64,000 nt of DNA from Octopus sinensis (taxonomy: Eukaryota), in NCBI RefSeq assembly GCF_006345805.1, contig NC_043007.1:54560001-54624000 (forward strand). Reading direction: 5' to 3'. Shown here piece after piece: positions 23,672-36,319 of this stretch. The translations under genes and the position numbers were made by a program. Below the pieces are notes generated by a model. The model was not told the origin of the DNA. It made no database searches and worked only from the letters and a program-made list of their open reading frames with translations. Numbering within the stretch: position 1 is the first letter of the stretch; the number at the start of each line of letters is the position of its first letter.

Positions 23672-24546
23672 CTAGAAAGATAAGATCTAACTAGCTATGA
23701 TTATAATTTTTTCTCTCTCTGATGGTACTATTTAATACTTATTGACTTAAATTATTTGATTTATTTCTATTGGACCATATTATTAATAAATTAAATTTTG
23801 CTCTATTTTTATCTCCATTTCTTAGTCTATTTTTTAACCCATTACAAATATTAGTTAGTTAAATCTCTTAATTTCTTTTACACTAAAAATTAATTCTGCT
23901 AATCCCAGACCTATCGTAGTGTATTGTGATGTGATATAATATATCAAAATAATATAATATAATATAGTGTAGTGTATTATAGTATAGTATAATAATAATA
24001 TAATTGTTTAATTTCATTTAAAAACAACCCCATTTTTCTTTCCTTTCTAATAACCTCTTTGTAACCTGACAATCTATTAATAGTAACATTTATAAATAAA
24101 AAAATAAATTGTTGACCTCAGTTCGAATTTTGTTCTAAACAAACTTAGACTTTTCTGTTAGTATCAACTTGTGCCCATCCCCTTAGCTTCCCCTTTCCTT
24201 TCTCTTTGACAGCTTAAATAGCAGTAACTGATTAAATTTCTACCTCCTTCCTCCTCTTTCTGTGATTCTTGATAAATTCATTAACAACCTGAACCGCTAC
24301 AATATAAGACTGTCATTTTGCTTCTCATTCGGATTCCTTGATATTTTTCGCATGATTGTACCCTAAATCTCTTCACAAAACTGGATTATGAACTATAAGG
24401 ACATACACATATTTTGTAAGTTCAAGACTTTTTCATCGGATCTCCAAAAAATCGAACTTATCTGCGATTCTTGTAAATTTCAATAACAATCTGTTCCTCT
24501 ACACGATATGACAGTCACTTTGCTTTTACTCAGACTTTCCTCTACA

Positions 24547-25023
24547 TGATATGGCAGTCACTTTGCCTCTTACTCGGATTTTCAGAAATTTTGCATGACT
24601 GTATCCGAAAATTTCTTCACACAACTTGATCAAATATTCAATATGAGCTATATGTAGACATGCATAAATTCTATAGGTTTAATACCTTTCATCGGATCTC
24701 CATGAATCAAACTTTCTTCAATGCAGCTAATCTTACAACCTCTTTTGTATCTACCCCTTTTGATGTTTGGGAATTCTCTGATGTTTTTTCGGCTGACGAG
24801 TACGAGCCATCTGTATTCACTGCATTTTTTGTAGCTTATTAAAGATGTCCTCGTATGAAACGATCGTACCGAGATTTTAATCCATTCTTGTTGCTTTTTT
24901 CCTATTTGTAATCACCCCACTTGTTGTATGGTTAACACCATATAGATTTCCGGTGCATCCTAGTTAAGGACCATATTCATGTGAATTCTTTAGAATTCAC
25001 TAGAATCTCAATTACTTAACCGA
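24547..25023 (+). repeat. 3' pLTR of PLE-2
   Basis: Direct repeat of 19824-20300. Confidence 0.95.
24787..24874 (+). ncRNA. Type I hammerhead ribozyme with a palindromic stem III in the PLE-2 3' pLTR
   Basis: TTTCGG(24787-92) CTGACGA(24793-99) G TACGAG...CTCGTA T GAAA(24857-60) CGATCG T A CCGAGA(24869-74). Stem III lies in the palindrome ACGATCGT. Triplet GUA, predicted cleavage after 24868. Confidence 0.85.
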
Positions 25024-25055
<32 letters not shown>

Positions 25056-25058
<3 letters not shown>

Positions 25059-25712
25059 CTTGATCACCTTGACCGACCAGTCCGTCGGGTGTCCATTTGA
25101 CACCACTGGTCACAGCACGCTGTCCACTCCTCTCTGGATTGCACCTTTCTCATCCATGTGATCCCAATCATCCTCCTGAAATTGTAACTCCACCGTCGTG
25201 GAGGCCTTCTGGGTGGTCATTTCCGCTCGCGCGGGTACCACTCGACAACTGCATGGGTTGACTGATTATCGGTGAGCCAGGTGACGTGTCCAGCCCATCT
25301 AAACTTGCTGCGTGTATACTCTGCGATGACATCCCTCACACCGGACTTCTTTCTGATGATGTTGCTACTGATGTGCTATCTCAATGAGATATCAAGCATT
25401 GACCTTTCCATGGCTCTTTGAGCTGTTACCAGTCTCTGCTCTTCTCTCTTTGTGGTTGCCTATGTTTCACTACAATATAACGTTGCAGGTAGAACTGTAC
25501 TGTTGATGAGGTTGGCACGGGTGGTCCTGTCCAACCTTCCCTTGAGCACATCCCTAATGCCATTAAATGCCTTCCATCCAGCCCTTACTCTCCATGAGAT
25601 CTCCTTTTTGATATCTCGGCATATATTCCCTTCCTGTCCCAGGTAGACATATTCCTTTACCTCCTCTATTTCATCACTGCCGATCACCATCAGGTCGAAT
25701 GGTGATATATCT
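25056..25712 (-). mobile_element. RTE-clade LINE 3' fragment (second subfamily)
   Basis: Minus ORF IEEVKEYVYLGQE...RVRAGWKAF...STVLPATLYCSET, followed by RLRWAGHV-like sequence. Confidence 0.8.
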
Positions 25713-25713
25713 A

Positions 25714-25755
<42 letters not shown>

Positions 25756-25769
25756 CATATATATATACA

Positions 25770-26556
25770 TCCCAGGAAGACCTGGGATGAAGAGGTGAAT
25801 CACAACCTTCGAACTTTAGGCCTCACCAAGGAAATGACTAGTGACCGAGACTTTTGGAAATATGCTGTGCATGAGAAGACCTGGCAAGCCAAATGAAACC
25901 ATAACCTCGTGGCCTATGCCAGGAGCGTAACCAGCCCACTTATGCGTACCTTTACTTTCTTTGGACACTAAACTCTGCTTGTGAAGACCAGTTGAGGCAA
26001 GAGAAATCAAAATCAAATTCAATGACTGGCATCCGTGCTAGCGGGGTGCAAAGAGCACCATATGAGTGTGATCGTTGACAGAGTGGCTAAGCAACTTCCG
26101 TGCCAGTGGCACAAAAAAGGCGCCTATCGAGTGTGACTGTTACCAGCGTCGCCTTACTGGCACTTGTGCCTGTGCTAGTAGGGTGCCGAGAGCACCATCT
26201 GAGCATGATCGTTGCCAGAGCAGCTAACTGGCTTCCGTGTCAGTGGCATGGAAAAGGCACCATTCGAGCATGATCGTTACCAGTGTCGCCTTACTGGCAC
26301 CTGTGCCGGTGGCATGTGTAAAAAGATTCAAGCAAGGTTGTTGCCAGTACCACCTGACTGGCCCCGTGCCAGAGGCACGTAAAAAGCACCCACTACACTC
26401 TTGGAGTGGTTAGCGTTAAGAAGGGCATCCAGCTGTAGAAACTCTGCCAGATCAAGATTGGAGCTTGGTGTAGCCATCTGGTTCGCCAGCCCTCAGCTGA
26501 AATTGTCCAACCCATGCTAGTATGGAAAGTGGACATTAAATGATGATGATGATGAT
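25770..26556 (+). mobile_element. RTE 3' end and UTR fragment with (GAT)n tail
   Basis: PRKTWDE...LGLTKEM, then the same AAGCACCCACTACACTC...CCAACCCATGCTAG...GATGATG tail as 10300-10477. Confidence 0.85.
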
Positions 26557-26799
26557 ATATATATATTTAAATATATATATATACACGTATTTTTATATAT
26601 ATATACATGTATATATATTATTGTTGTCTTTTTGTGTCTGTATACAGACTTGGCTAAAAGACTGCAAATCATAATTCTATAAATACTATCTATAATTCTG
26701 TATTGACTTGAATGGAAAAATGTGTTGCTCAAGGACTTTAGTTTGAACAACTTTCATGATGTTTCATATTTAGATGAATTTATTAAATTCATTCAGTTG

Positions 26800-28050
26800 A
26801 GATTACAGGATGGAGATGGTAGCAAAATGCCAGGCAAGCTAACAAGGAACAGGGATCAGCGTATAAATGAGATGGTTGAGTAAAGGAAGAGAGAAATATA
26901 GATAGTGGCAAGTGCCAGGGCATACCCTTGAGGTTCAAATGCCATAATTATAAGTGACAGTATATTGAGAAAGGAGTGCAATTAAAGAGTGTGAGCAAGT
27001 GGTGAAAGACCTGGGTATATATAGAGTTAGAGGGGCTACTGGATAGCAATGATAGAGGAGCAGGGGTGTGAAGACGGGATTGGAGAGTGAGAGCTAGTCA
27101 TAGTGAATGAAGGAGGAAATGCGAGAAAGCGAAGTGATGTAAATTGGTTTGTTGGGGTAGGGTGAGGGAAAAGTTTTCTTGTTATGTGTAGGTGGAATAC
27201 CCAGGTTATGGGCTAGCAATAATAGAGTGAGACAAAGCATGTGGGTAGAATGCACAGGTCAAGGCAAGCAAGCAGATACAGTGGAACCAGGCCAAGAAGA
27301 CAAGATTGGGGAGTGGGAGGTAACCATTGTACATGAAGCAGGAACGTGAAGTGAAGGGATGTAGAGATATAGTTTGGTTTGTTGTGGTAGAGTGAGTGAG
27401 AAGTTTTCTACACAGCACTTCTAGAACTCAGTTTCGCTGATGTGGGCAGGTCTTCTCAAGAACTTCATATCACCAGACATCTCAGTCCATAGTCATTTCC
27501 TCCATGAGTTCCAACTTCCTGAGATTAGTCCTTACTACTTCATCCCATGTCTTCTTGGGTCTCTCTCTTCCACAGGTACCATCCACTTTCAGTGATCAGC
27601 ACTTCTTTATGCAGCTGTCCTTATTTATATGCATCACATGTCCAAACTAACGTAGTCTTCTCTCTTGGATGCTACATTTGATTCCTCTTATGCCCAACTT
27701 TTCTCTCAATATATTTGCACTTTGTCGTACATATGCACTGATGCTGCACATCCAGCAGAGCATACTACCTTCATTTTTCTCCAGTCTATGCATGTCTTCA
27801 GCATTCACTACCATGGAGTTTAGTCGTTCGTACATAAGCATCATATTATCTACCTTTCATTCTGAGAGAGAGGCCTTTTGTCACCAACAGAGGTAATAGC
27901 TCTCTAAACTTCCACCCAATTCTTATTCTAGAAACAATACATTCAGAGCATCCTCCACCATTGCTACTTTGGTCACCTAGGTAACAGAAACTATCTACAA
28001 CCTCAAGAGATTCAACTGGGCATTTGAGAGAATCTAAAACCCGTGTGCTC
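26800..28050 (-). mobile_element. Older RTE LINE 3' fragment
   Basis: Minus ORFs VDSFCYLGDQ...RIGW.KFRELLPLL and LREKLGIRGIKCSIQERRLR are homologous to the RT end at 9190-9779. Confidence 0.75.
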
Positions 28051-28295
28051 TTAATGTTTATTGTTCTTGCACATAAATATATATATATAATTATGTTGTT
28101 TTCTTTTTTGTATGTATATATATATATAAATATATTCAATTTGGGGGGATTAATTGATATGCGGGTATTCCATTTCAGATAATACAAAAAATAACCTAAT
28201 GAGTATATCTGAAAGTAAACTCATGGTATTAGTTTGCGCATCATAAAATAATACTAAAAGTATATAACCAAAATTACCAGCAGGGTATATATATT

Positions 28296-29339
28296 CCAGT
28301 ACGTTGCTGTCCGTCGTTAAGAAGTTTTGAATGCCAGCCATGGTGAGTCTACTATCCTCAGATTCCATCCCTTCAAACTTTGGTTTCCAATATTTTTCTA
28401 TTTTTATTCAGCTCGCAAGTTCGTCTGTCCCTTTTAAATGTTAGTGTTTTGCTGTCTGCCTTGAAGCAGACCTTTCCATTGTCACTGCCTGATATTTATG
28501 ATTAATCTTTCAAAATATTTTCTTTCTCAACTTATTCAAGATCTTTTGTTCTTTATAAATGGGAGAGAGATAGATAGAGAAAGACAGAGAGTAAGAGAAA
28601 GCGAGGGAGACTTCGAGAGAAAGGAAGAGTAAGAGAGTGGGAAAGTGAGATTAATCATAAATATCAGGCAGTGACAACGGAACAGTCTGCTTCAAGGCAG
28701 ACAGCAAAACACTAACATTTAAAAGGGACAGACGAACTTGTGAGCTGAATAAAAATAAAAAAATATTGGAAACCAAAGTTTGAAGGGATGGAATCTGAGG
28801 ATAGTAGACTCACCATGGCTGGCATTCAAAACTTCTTAATGACAGACAGCAATGTACTGGCAGTTTAATGACTGGCGCAAAATTTTGAACTTGATGTAAC
28901 AGAAAATTCCTAAACACCAAGTTTTGAAGTGATTCTTTCTCACGACAGTAGAATCTCCATAGCAAGCATTCAAAACTTATTCATCATGGACGGCAACACA
29001 TTGACGATTTAAAGGCTGGCGCAATTTTTTAGCTTGATGTAACAGAGAATTCCTAAACTCCGCTCCTGTAAATTTTAATCCCCTTCCAGTCCCATTTAGA
29101 CCTCTTTTCACATTTTGGTTAATATAACCCGATTTCATTCGGGTCTACTCGGGCCACATTTTATAAGATGAGGAATTTATCCTAGAGGTCACGCCTTTCA
29201 TTTGAGGAAATAAATAGTTGCCATGCAAGCTTGTTAGCACTTTTAACATAGATGTGCATATTTTCAGCTCAACTGACCAGATAATGCACACATTATATAT
29301 ATATGTGTGTGTATGCATTATATATACAAATGTGTACAA

Positions 29340-29379
<40 letters not shown>

Positions 29380-29877
29380 TATATATAAATACAGATATAT
29401 ACATATTTATAACACACACACACATATATAAATTAACTCAATAAATATCTGATTCATAATATTTGTTCTCATGATTGTGTGGTCGTGGTGACGATGATAA
29501 TTCTCTCTATGAATGCAGACAGACGTAGAGAGAGAGGATGTGGCAAAATGAGTGACAGCACTGGCGAAGGCGGCAGGAGAAAGATAGTAGACACTGTCAA
29601 ACAACGTTATAGAGAGAAAGTGAAAGGAAGGGAGGAAAGAGAGGGAGACAGAGGAAGACAGACAGATAAGAGAATGAGAAAAGACTTGTCAAAATGTGCA
29701 TTTTTTGTAACCACACCTTTTAAGATAGGGATTTCTAACCTAATCCACTCACATCCTCACCTCATTTTACTTGTCCCTGTAAATTTTGGAGTCATCCGAT
29801 GGGATCTAGTACCCTTTAACCCGTTCCAATGCCAAAACCAGACAAACAAACAAACTTTCTCATTTCAGAATTATAGA
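28296..29877 (-). mobile_element. Interspersed element with a Helitron-like 5' terminus; copy 1, carrying an internal inverted duplication
   Basis: Homologous to 36480-38155. The minus-strand start A|TCTATAATTCTGAAATGAGAAAGTTTGTTTGTTTGTC resembles non-autonomous Helitron 5' ends. A 3' CTRR end was not found. Confidence 0.5.
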
Positions 29878-30008
29878 TATTGATGATAAATAAGACCCCA
29901 AGGTACGATATGTAGATGCATATATTGCTGAAGGGTTGTACTTGATTGATTTGGAAATTTGTTTTCCCAAATTATTTAAATTATTTTAGAAGCGTTGAGA
30001 TGCATTGA

Positions 30009-30224
30009 AAGGAAATAATTTTATTCTCAAATGCAGGATAATGCTAATAATATAGCATGAACAGGATAAACTATCTACATTTTTGCAGAAAAATCTGTCA
30101 GTGGCCAGCCATGAGAGTCTCATGGCTGGCTGCTGACAGATTTTTCTGCAAAATTCTGCATTGTTTATCCTGTTCATGCTATATTATTAGCATTATCCTG
30201 CGTTTGAGAATAAAATTATTCCTT
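30009..30224. repeat. ~215-bp near-perfect palindrome (foldback, MITE-like)
   Basis: Arms are symmetric about 30117 (GCCAGCCATGAGA G TCTCATGGCTGGC) with few mismatches. Confidence 0.9.
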
Positions 30225-30258
30225 ATCTGTATCATATATATATATTGTGTATTCAATG

Positions 30259-30304
30259 TGTCCTTCCCTAATTTAAGACCTTAGTCTTAAATTAGGGAAG
30301 GACA
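30259..30304. repeat. Perfect 21-bp stem with a 4-nt loop
   Basis: TGTCCTTCCCTAATTTAAGAC ctta GTCTTAAATTAGGGAAGGACA. Confidence 0.9.
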
Positions 30305-30479
30305 GAGTGTGTCTGTGAGAAATTTAGTTGCTATTTCTAGCTAGTTGAGTGACAATGTAGAGCCTTCTTTTGTTGGCTGGAAGTAGGCAGTGTTGTTGTT
30401 AAGCTCTAGTTCAGCATTGACTGTACAGGTCTATTCTAGTTATACTGTCTAGTCTTTGTGTATGTTAAGAATTACATTG

Positions 30480-31040
30480 TCCAATGATGCAGAAGTTATG
30501 GACATCTTGCACAGCATTGCCTGCTTCAGTTGGCCTTATGGTCTCGGAATCAATATGGACACGATGAAAGCTCTAACAACAGATGGCTTGCTGGCCATTG
30601 TGCATATTGATGGCATTCTGATTGAGTAGGTCCAAGAGTTCAAATATCACAAGTCCTGAACAAGCTTAAGGTGTTCCAAATGCAATGTCTGTGTCGAATC
30701 ATTGGTGACTTTCTATGTGACTGAATCTCAAACAACAACGTCTGGGAACAATGCCAGCAGTAGCCAACCACTGAAGACTAAGTTTGACAGTGCAGGCTAC
30801 AGTAGTTGTGCACCGGAAGATTACCAAACAAATTTTTGTGACAGTAGCAACTCATGCATTGTAGAATCCAGTGCAGTGCATCAAAGAATACATGGACAAA
30901 ACAAATTGAGGAGGACCTGAAGTTGCAGCACCTTGACCTCATGCATGCTAAGGCCAATGCCATGGATTGGAAAGCATGGGATATCATCATTAGAATCTGT
31001 CATCCAGTGGCACACACAGCAACACATTGGTTGAGAGGAT
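30480..31040 (+). mobile_element. Decayed RTE-like LINE fragment
   Basis: Remnants GINMDTMKAL and IDGILIE.VQEFKY, typical of the RT C-terminal region. Confidence 0.45.
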
Positions 31041-33149
31041 AGCCTCCTCCTCCAGTCAACAACTAGGGATTTTACTTATTTATATTGTCCAATATATCCT
31101 TTATTTAAGACAATTGAGTATGATTTGAGGGACATTTAGTACTATTACCTTCAGGTGAAGTAACAATATAGAAGTGCTCCTGTTGAGCCAGGATGGCCAA
31201 TTTAGTTAATTTTACACTGAATGTACAGCCCTTTTACCATTTTAGGAGCAAAAATCCATTGAGTTACGTTCCTGCATAATTTTAGTACTTTTTATTATAA
31301 TTTAGAGCCAAAGTTAGTGTCTTTACATTAAAGTGGAATCAGAATTTAATTCAGATTTTACTGTCCAAAATTTAGGCAGAAACAGTTTGTAATTAGAAAA
31401 ACTATTCTATTCTTTTTAAAGAAAATTGTTTATGAAGTTCAAAGAGTCATAAAAAAAATTTGTGGTATGGAGAAAAATGTGTGATTCAGCTATCACATGG
31501 ATCTTCTCATAATGCTAATCCTTTCCAGATGGGATATATTCATAGGAGCCCTACCTGCCTAACCTCTGGTCAGACTATAATAGCAAGTTCCCTCAACTCA
31601 CACAACCACCACATCGATCCTGAATGACAGCCCCAAAGCAAAAGAGATCCACACTAATCATCCTTCCAATCTCATGGCCTCCTTTACTATTCTCCTTTCA
31701 GCAAGGCCCCTCAGCCATTTGCATGATGTTACTGACCCTATACTTTTGGCCCATCTCAGTTTCACAAATTTGAAGCAGAAAACAAGTCAACCAAATTATT
31801 GAATGATCCTTAATGTGTCGATTCAGTGCAGGATTATTTAGATTTAAAGCCATATCTTGGTAATCAATTTGAGAAGGAAATGTCAGAGTGTAAATTTATT
31901 GAGTAGAAGGCCAATACTTGATATTTGTTGTGGAAATTTTGGAGTAAATTTAACAGCGTCTTCCAGATAATTTTCGTCTTTCACAATTGATGAATTATTT
32001 TAGTGTAACAGAATGTCTCAAATCAAATAGACCTTACAAAGTATTTTAATGAAGATTCAGAGATCCTGACTAAAATTCATTTTCAGCAGAAATTTTTTTT
32101 AGAATGTACGATGGACAAGGTTTCAAACAGTTTTTTCTTTCTGGGAAAAATCCATTTGTTTAAATTAGCTTTAAACATTTCTCATATCACATACAAATGT
32201 TTATGTGGAAAGAGTATTTAGTCACATGAATTTTATGAAATCAAATGAGAGCATTTAATTTTAAGCATAAAAACTCAGAGAAATTTTGGCCATCAATTAT
32301 GAACTTAAAACGAAATGGTAATGTAAATGTTATGATTGTACACTATCTAGAAAACTTAAAGAAAACTGGATCCAAGGATGTTTATAAATCATGTGAAACA
32401 GCAGCTTCTACATCAAAAGAAATTGATCAGGAAATTTGCGAAAATATTACGAAGTAAAAATAAAAGTAAATATGTTAATTTCATTTAATCTAATTAGAAG
32501 TGAAATTTTTATTATAAATCTTTTGATATTTACACCTATGTGATTTTTTGTTGTTAAGTGCTTTAGAAAGGTGGGTATTTTTCACTTATATTTCGTGTTC
32601 TTGTATCTTTTAGCTATCGTAATAGTGCTTTTTAAAAATTTGAATTGGCAACACTATGTTTAATACCAGTATGCACAAAGGATGGAAGTACACCATGGGT
32701 AGGTCTACAGCAAGCAGACTTGGCGACATTATCTGTCAAAAGATAATTCTCTCACTTTCTCTTGCTTTTCTTTATAGAAATGGTTGGCTTAAAAGGCAGT
32801 ATGATGTTTCATTCCTTCAGAAATGTGGTTATTGTAAGAAACTAAGCAAGGTTTCAGTTATTTGGGAGTTGAAGGGCTGGCAGTATTTCGATTGTATATA
32901 TAACCGTACTTACATATACTAACGTTATAATAAAGATTTATCTGGAAAACTAAAAAAAATCATTTTGTTTTATTTCCCATCAAGTTAGGTCTCAAGATCC
33001 AAAATATTCTCACCCTTCATATGTAATAACAGTATTAACAACAACAATGAACATATAACACACATACAAGCATTTAAAACTACCTTATTTAATGTAACAT
33101 ACTATTAGAAAATTCGTACTTCCGATTCTTTCCATCTCGCTCCACCCAA

Positions 33150-33740
33150 ATCACCTATCTTCAGGTTGCATTGACGTCATACATTGGCCAACGAAAGAGA
33201 CAGTAAAATAGAAAGCTTGTTACATAAACAAGAGAGGAAAAATATTATAAAGGGCCAAGAAAAAAGTTGTAGGAAGATGTAGAGGGAGAAAGAAAACGAG
33301 AGTTTCAGAAAAATATTAAGAAATATATCGAGAATGACAAAAAGCATAAGAACACACAAGCGAAAGAATCTGAGAGAAAAAGGAAAATGAGAGAGACTGT
33401 GAGAGTATTTAGAGAGGAGGAAATATTGAAAGAAAGCGTCAAGTAGCTAGAGAGAGAGAAAGAGAAAGTTAGAAAGGCCAAGAGGGAGTAAGAGAATAAG
33501 AAAGAGCAAAAAGAATAACAGAGAACTTAAGAGAGGGTGAGAGAGAGAGAGTAAGCGAGGGGGTTTACGATATCTGCACATGCGTTGTAAACGTCACTTG
33601 CTGCAAATGGAGAATCGGAATTTGACGTTGTCGTAAGACGACCTGCTTTATTTTATATTATTAATTTTATTGTCTGTTTTCCTGGATTAATTCATTTTGA
33701 CCTCGAATATTTCGGATTAGACGTCTTTCATGGGGTAAGA
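33150..33740. promoter_or_regulatory. Candidate bidirectional promoter region
   Basis: CRE palindrome TGACGTCA (33172-79) next to a CCAAT box (ATTGG, 33183-87). A purine-rich spacer follows, then a CpG-richer block at 33557-33725 ending in a GG|GTAAGA donor at 33735. Confidence 0.3.
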
Positions 33741-34650
33741 TATCTTTTTCAAACGAAATTTTGTTGTTCTTCAATCTATAACTTTTGTTTACATTCTACT
33801 ATGCTATTTTGTCCTCTACTAAGCCATTTAATGAAGGTATCTCTCTTTCTTTCTCTCTAAATATATATCTTCATTATTTCTGTGTCAGTGTACATCTTAT
33901 GTAGATGCAACTTTTCCTTTAGCGAATCATTTCATAAAAGCTTATTTTGTGTTTATTCTGTATTGATGTACATCTGTTCTAGCTGTGACTTTTATAGTTT
34001 GATGTCGTTACTGCTGTAATGGATAGATGGCCGTGCTGAATATATACGTATGAAATAAGGACGTTTAACAATATTATCTTTTGGAAATATTCGGGTGGAG
34101 TTTCAGAATGCTAACAGTACCTCATACCGATGGAAAATGACATTGAAGGAGGTGGGGAGCAAAATATAAATAATTGAATTTCTAGGAAAGAAGAAAATTC
34201 TCTAAGAATCATAATTTCCGATGTATGAAAAAAAAAAAAAAATTAAAGCACTATTACGATGGCTAAAAGATACAAAAACACTGAATATAAGTGAAAAATA
34301 CCCACCTTTTTCTGAGGTAGTGAAAGCTACTCTGAAACATAGCTGATATTCGTGTTTAAAGAAATCATTATTTTGGAGACGGCTATAGTACCGACCGTGA
34401 TATGACTAATTTTTTTAAGTAGATACCAGTAATATACTTTATCAGTTTAATACATGTGAAATGCTGTTCTCAGTCTAACAAAATTATCATCATTATAAAT
34501 GATTTTTTTATAAAGAAAACGTTATCTAACAGATTTCTTGGGGGTAAAAATATACTTTCAGCGAGAGCACGATCGAACAAATTAATGAAAACCATAGTTT
34601 TGGCTCCCAGGAACTTAATATATTTTTATGGCATTCGTATAACAATATTT

Positions 34651-34849
34651 CTTTCTAATTTTGGTGCAAGACTAGCAATTTTGAGGGTAGTGTGCATGTC
34701 AATTACATCGACCTCCAGTTCTCGACTGGTTTTTATTTTATCTAGCTTGAAAGGATGAAAGGTAAAATCGTCGTCAGCTAAATTTGAACTCGGAAGAAAT
34801 ACTGCAAGGTATTTTTTCCGACAATCTAATAATTCTGCCAGCTCGCCGA
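34651..34849 (-). mobile_element. tRNA-derived SINE
   Basis: Reverse complement of the 52943 family (GGCGAGCTGGCAGAA, GAGTTCAAATT, CCTTTCATCCTTTC). Confidence 0.7.
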
Positions 34850-36219
34850 TTAAATAACAATAATGAAAATTTATCCCAAATTAAGCAAGCAGAAGAAGTA
34901 AGGAATTGAATCTACAAGCAAGTTATAGCTGTTATTTTTTCCTACATAAGTCAGGTAATTTATGTGTAAGAGGCATGAACGTCACACAATCCCCCTTTCT
35001 TCTCCCTTCTACATCTCGAGCCTTGTGCATTTTATTTGGTTGTTTTTGGCAGATTGTCAGCTTTGTTATCACATTTATCCGCCAGAGACATACATAGTCT
35101 TAGCTGCACAATAGCTGCGCGTATTTCTTGAAATAAAAAAAAAATCTATATTTCCATCAGTGCTTTACCAGTTTACACGCATCAGGGAACAGCAGATTTT
35201 TGTCAGAGCTAGAATTTTAAATTTTGTTTATTTTGTGATGAATCTATAATGGCATTACAATGTTAAAAAAAAATGTCTTTCCATGAATTTCCTTCATAGA
35301 AGTAAGGTTTTAGATGAAGAGAGATGAGATTGGGTGGAGACGTTGCAGACTTCGTCAAATGGCATCAACCACAGATAAGAAACGAAAATTTTAGCAAGTC
35401 ATGAACTGAAATGCTGGTTTAGGATTCAATTGTGGACATGGATGGAATCTGAATTGAAATGTTGATTAAAAAAATTTTTTTCGCGAAATATTTATTTGTA
35501 GTAGTGCCTGGAACCACTAAACAGTTATTCCAAATGGAAAAGAAAGAAAAAAAGCAACAATGTCGAATATCAGATTTAAATATCTATATTCGATCTCAAT
35601 ATCTCCTTTTTTTTAAGGACCCCATGTGTTTAGTTCGACATAGTTATATTTAAGGTCTTTGAGGGAAGGAATGATAGACACCCCTGCCACCGCAGAGAAT
35701 TATAAAATCCAGGTCTTGTGTGTAAAGGAATAATCCTTACTATTATGAACAGTCAGTAGTGGAGGATACCATTTCGATTCCTCAAATATTTCGTGTTACT
35801 TGCATCACTAAGGCCCTTGGGGAAAAGTGTTAATAAGGTTTAATAGTCTCTCGCATAAGAAACCTTGGGGGTCATGAAAATAGGCTGTTCATTATTGTTA
35901 TTGTCTTGAATCACTATTATCTGAGGTAGCGCCAAAAATGCATTTCATGTGTTTCTGAAGTTGGAAACTTCACTTAAATCAAACTCCGGGGATTGAATCA
36001 TCCGCCTGTACTACGCATTCTTTGTTTAGTGGGTTAAAATTTTGACATTGGTGAAGGAGTGGAAATAAATATGTGGCAAGAATAAAGAATTTCATATAAA
36101 GGCCAAACACCCACGTACAAACACACGTACTGGTGTTTGTGTTGGGTATTTATATGTGTGTGTGTGGACGCGCATGTATGGAAGTGGACATGTGTTTATA
36201 TGTAAGTGTATGTATATAA

Positions 36220-36319
36220 NNNNNNNNNNNNNNNNNNNNNNNNNNNNNNNNNNNNNNNNNNNNNNNNNNNNNNNNNNNNNNNNNNNNNNNNNNNNNNNNN
36301 NNNNNNNNNNNNNNNNNNN
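36220..36319. other. Scaffold gap (100 N, size unknown)
   Basis: Run of exactly 100 N. Confidence 1.

Larger units (their letters stand above)
19824..25023 (+). mobile_element. Full-length Penelope-like element PLE-2 with direct pseudo-LTRs
   Basis: Near-identical 477-bp direct repeats at 19824-20300 and 24547-25023 enclose an RT/GIY-YIG ORF. The 3' end abuts (TA)n. Confidence 0.95.

Noticed and set aside
31800-32460. 70-aa ORF and an ILDICCG methyltransferase-like motif
   Set aside because: The frames are short and stop-ridden. The pattern fits a decayed DNA-transposon relic better, but too weakly to call.
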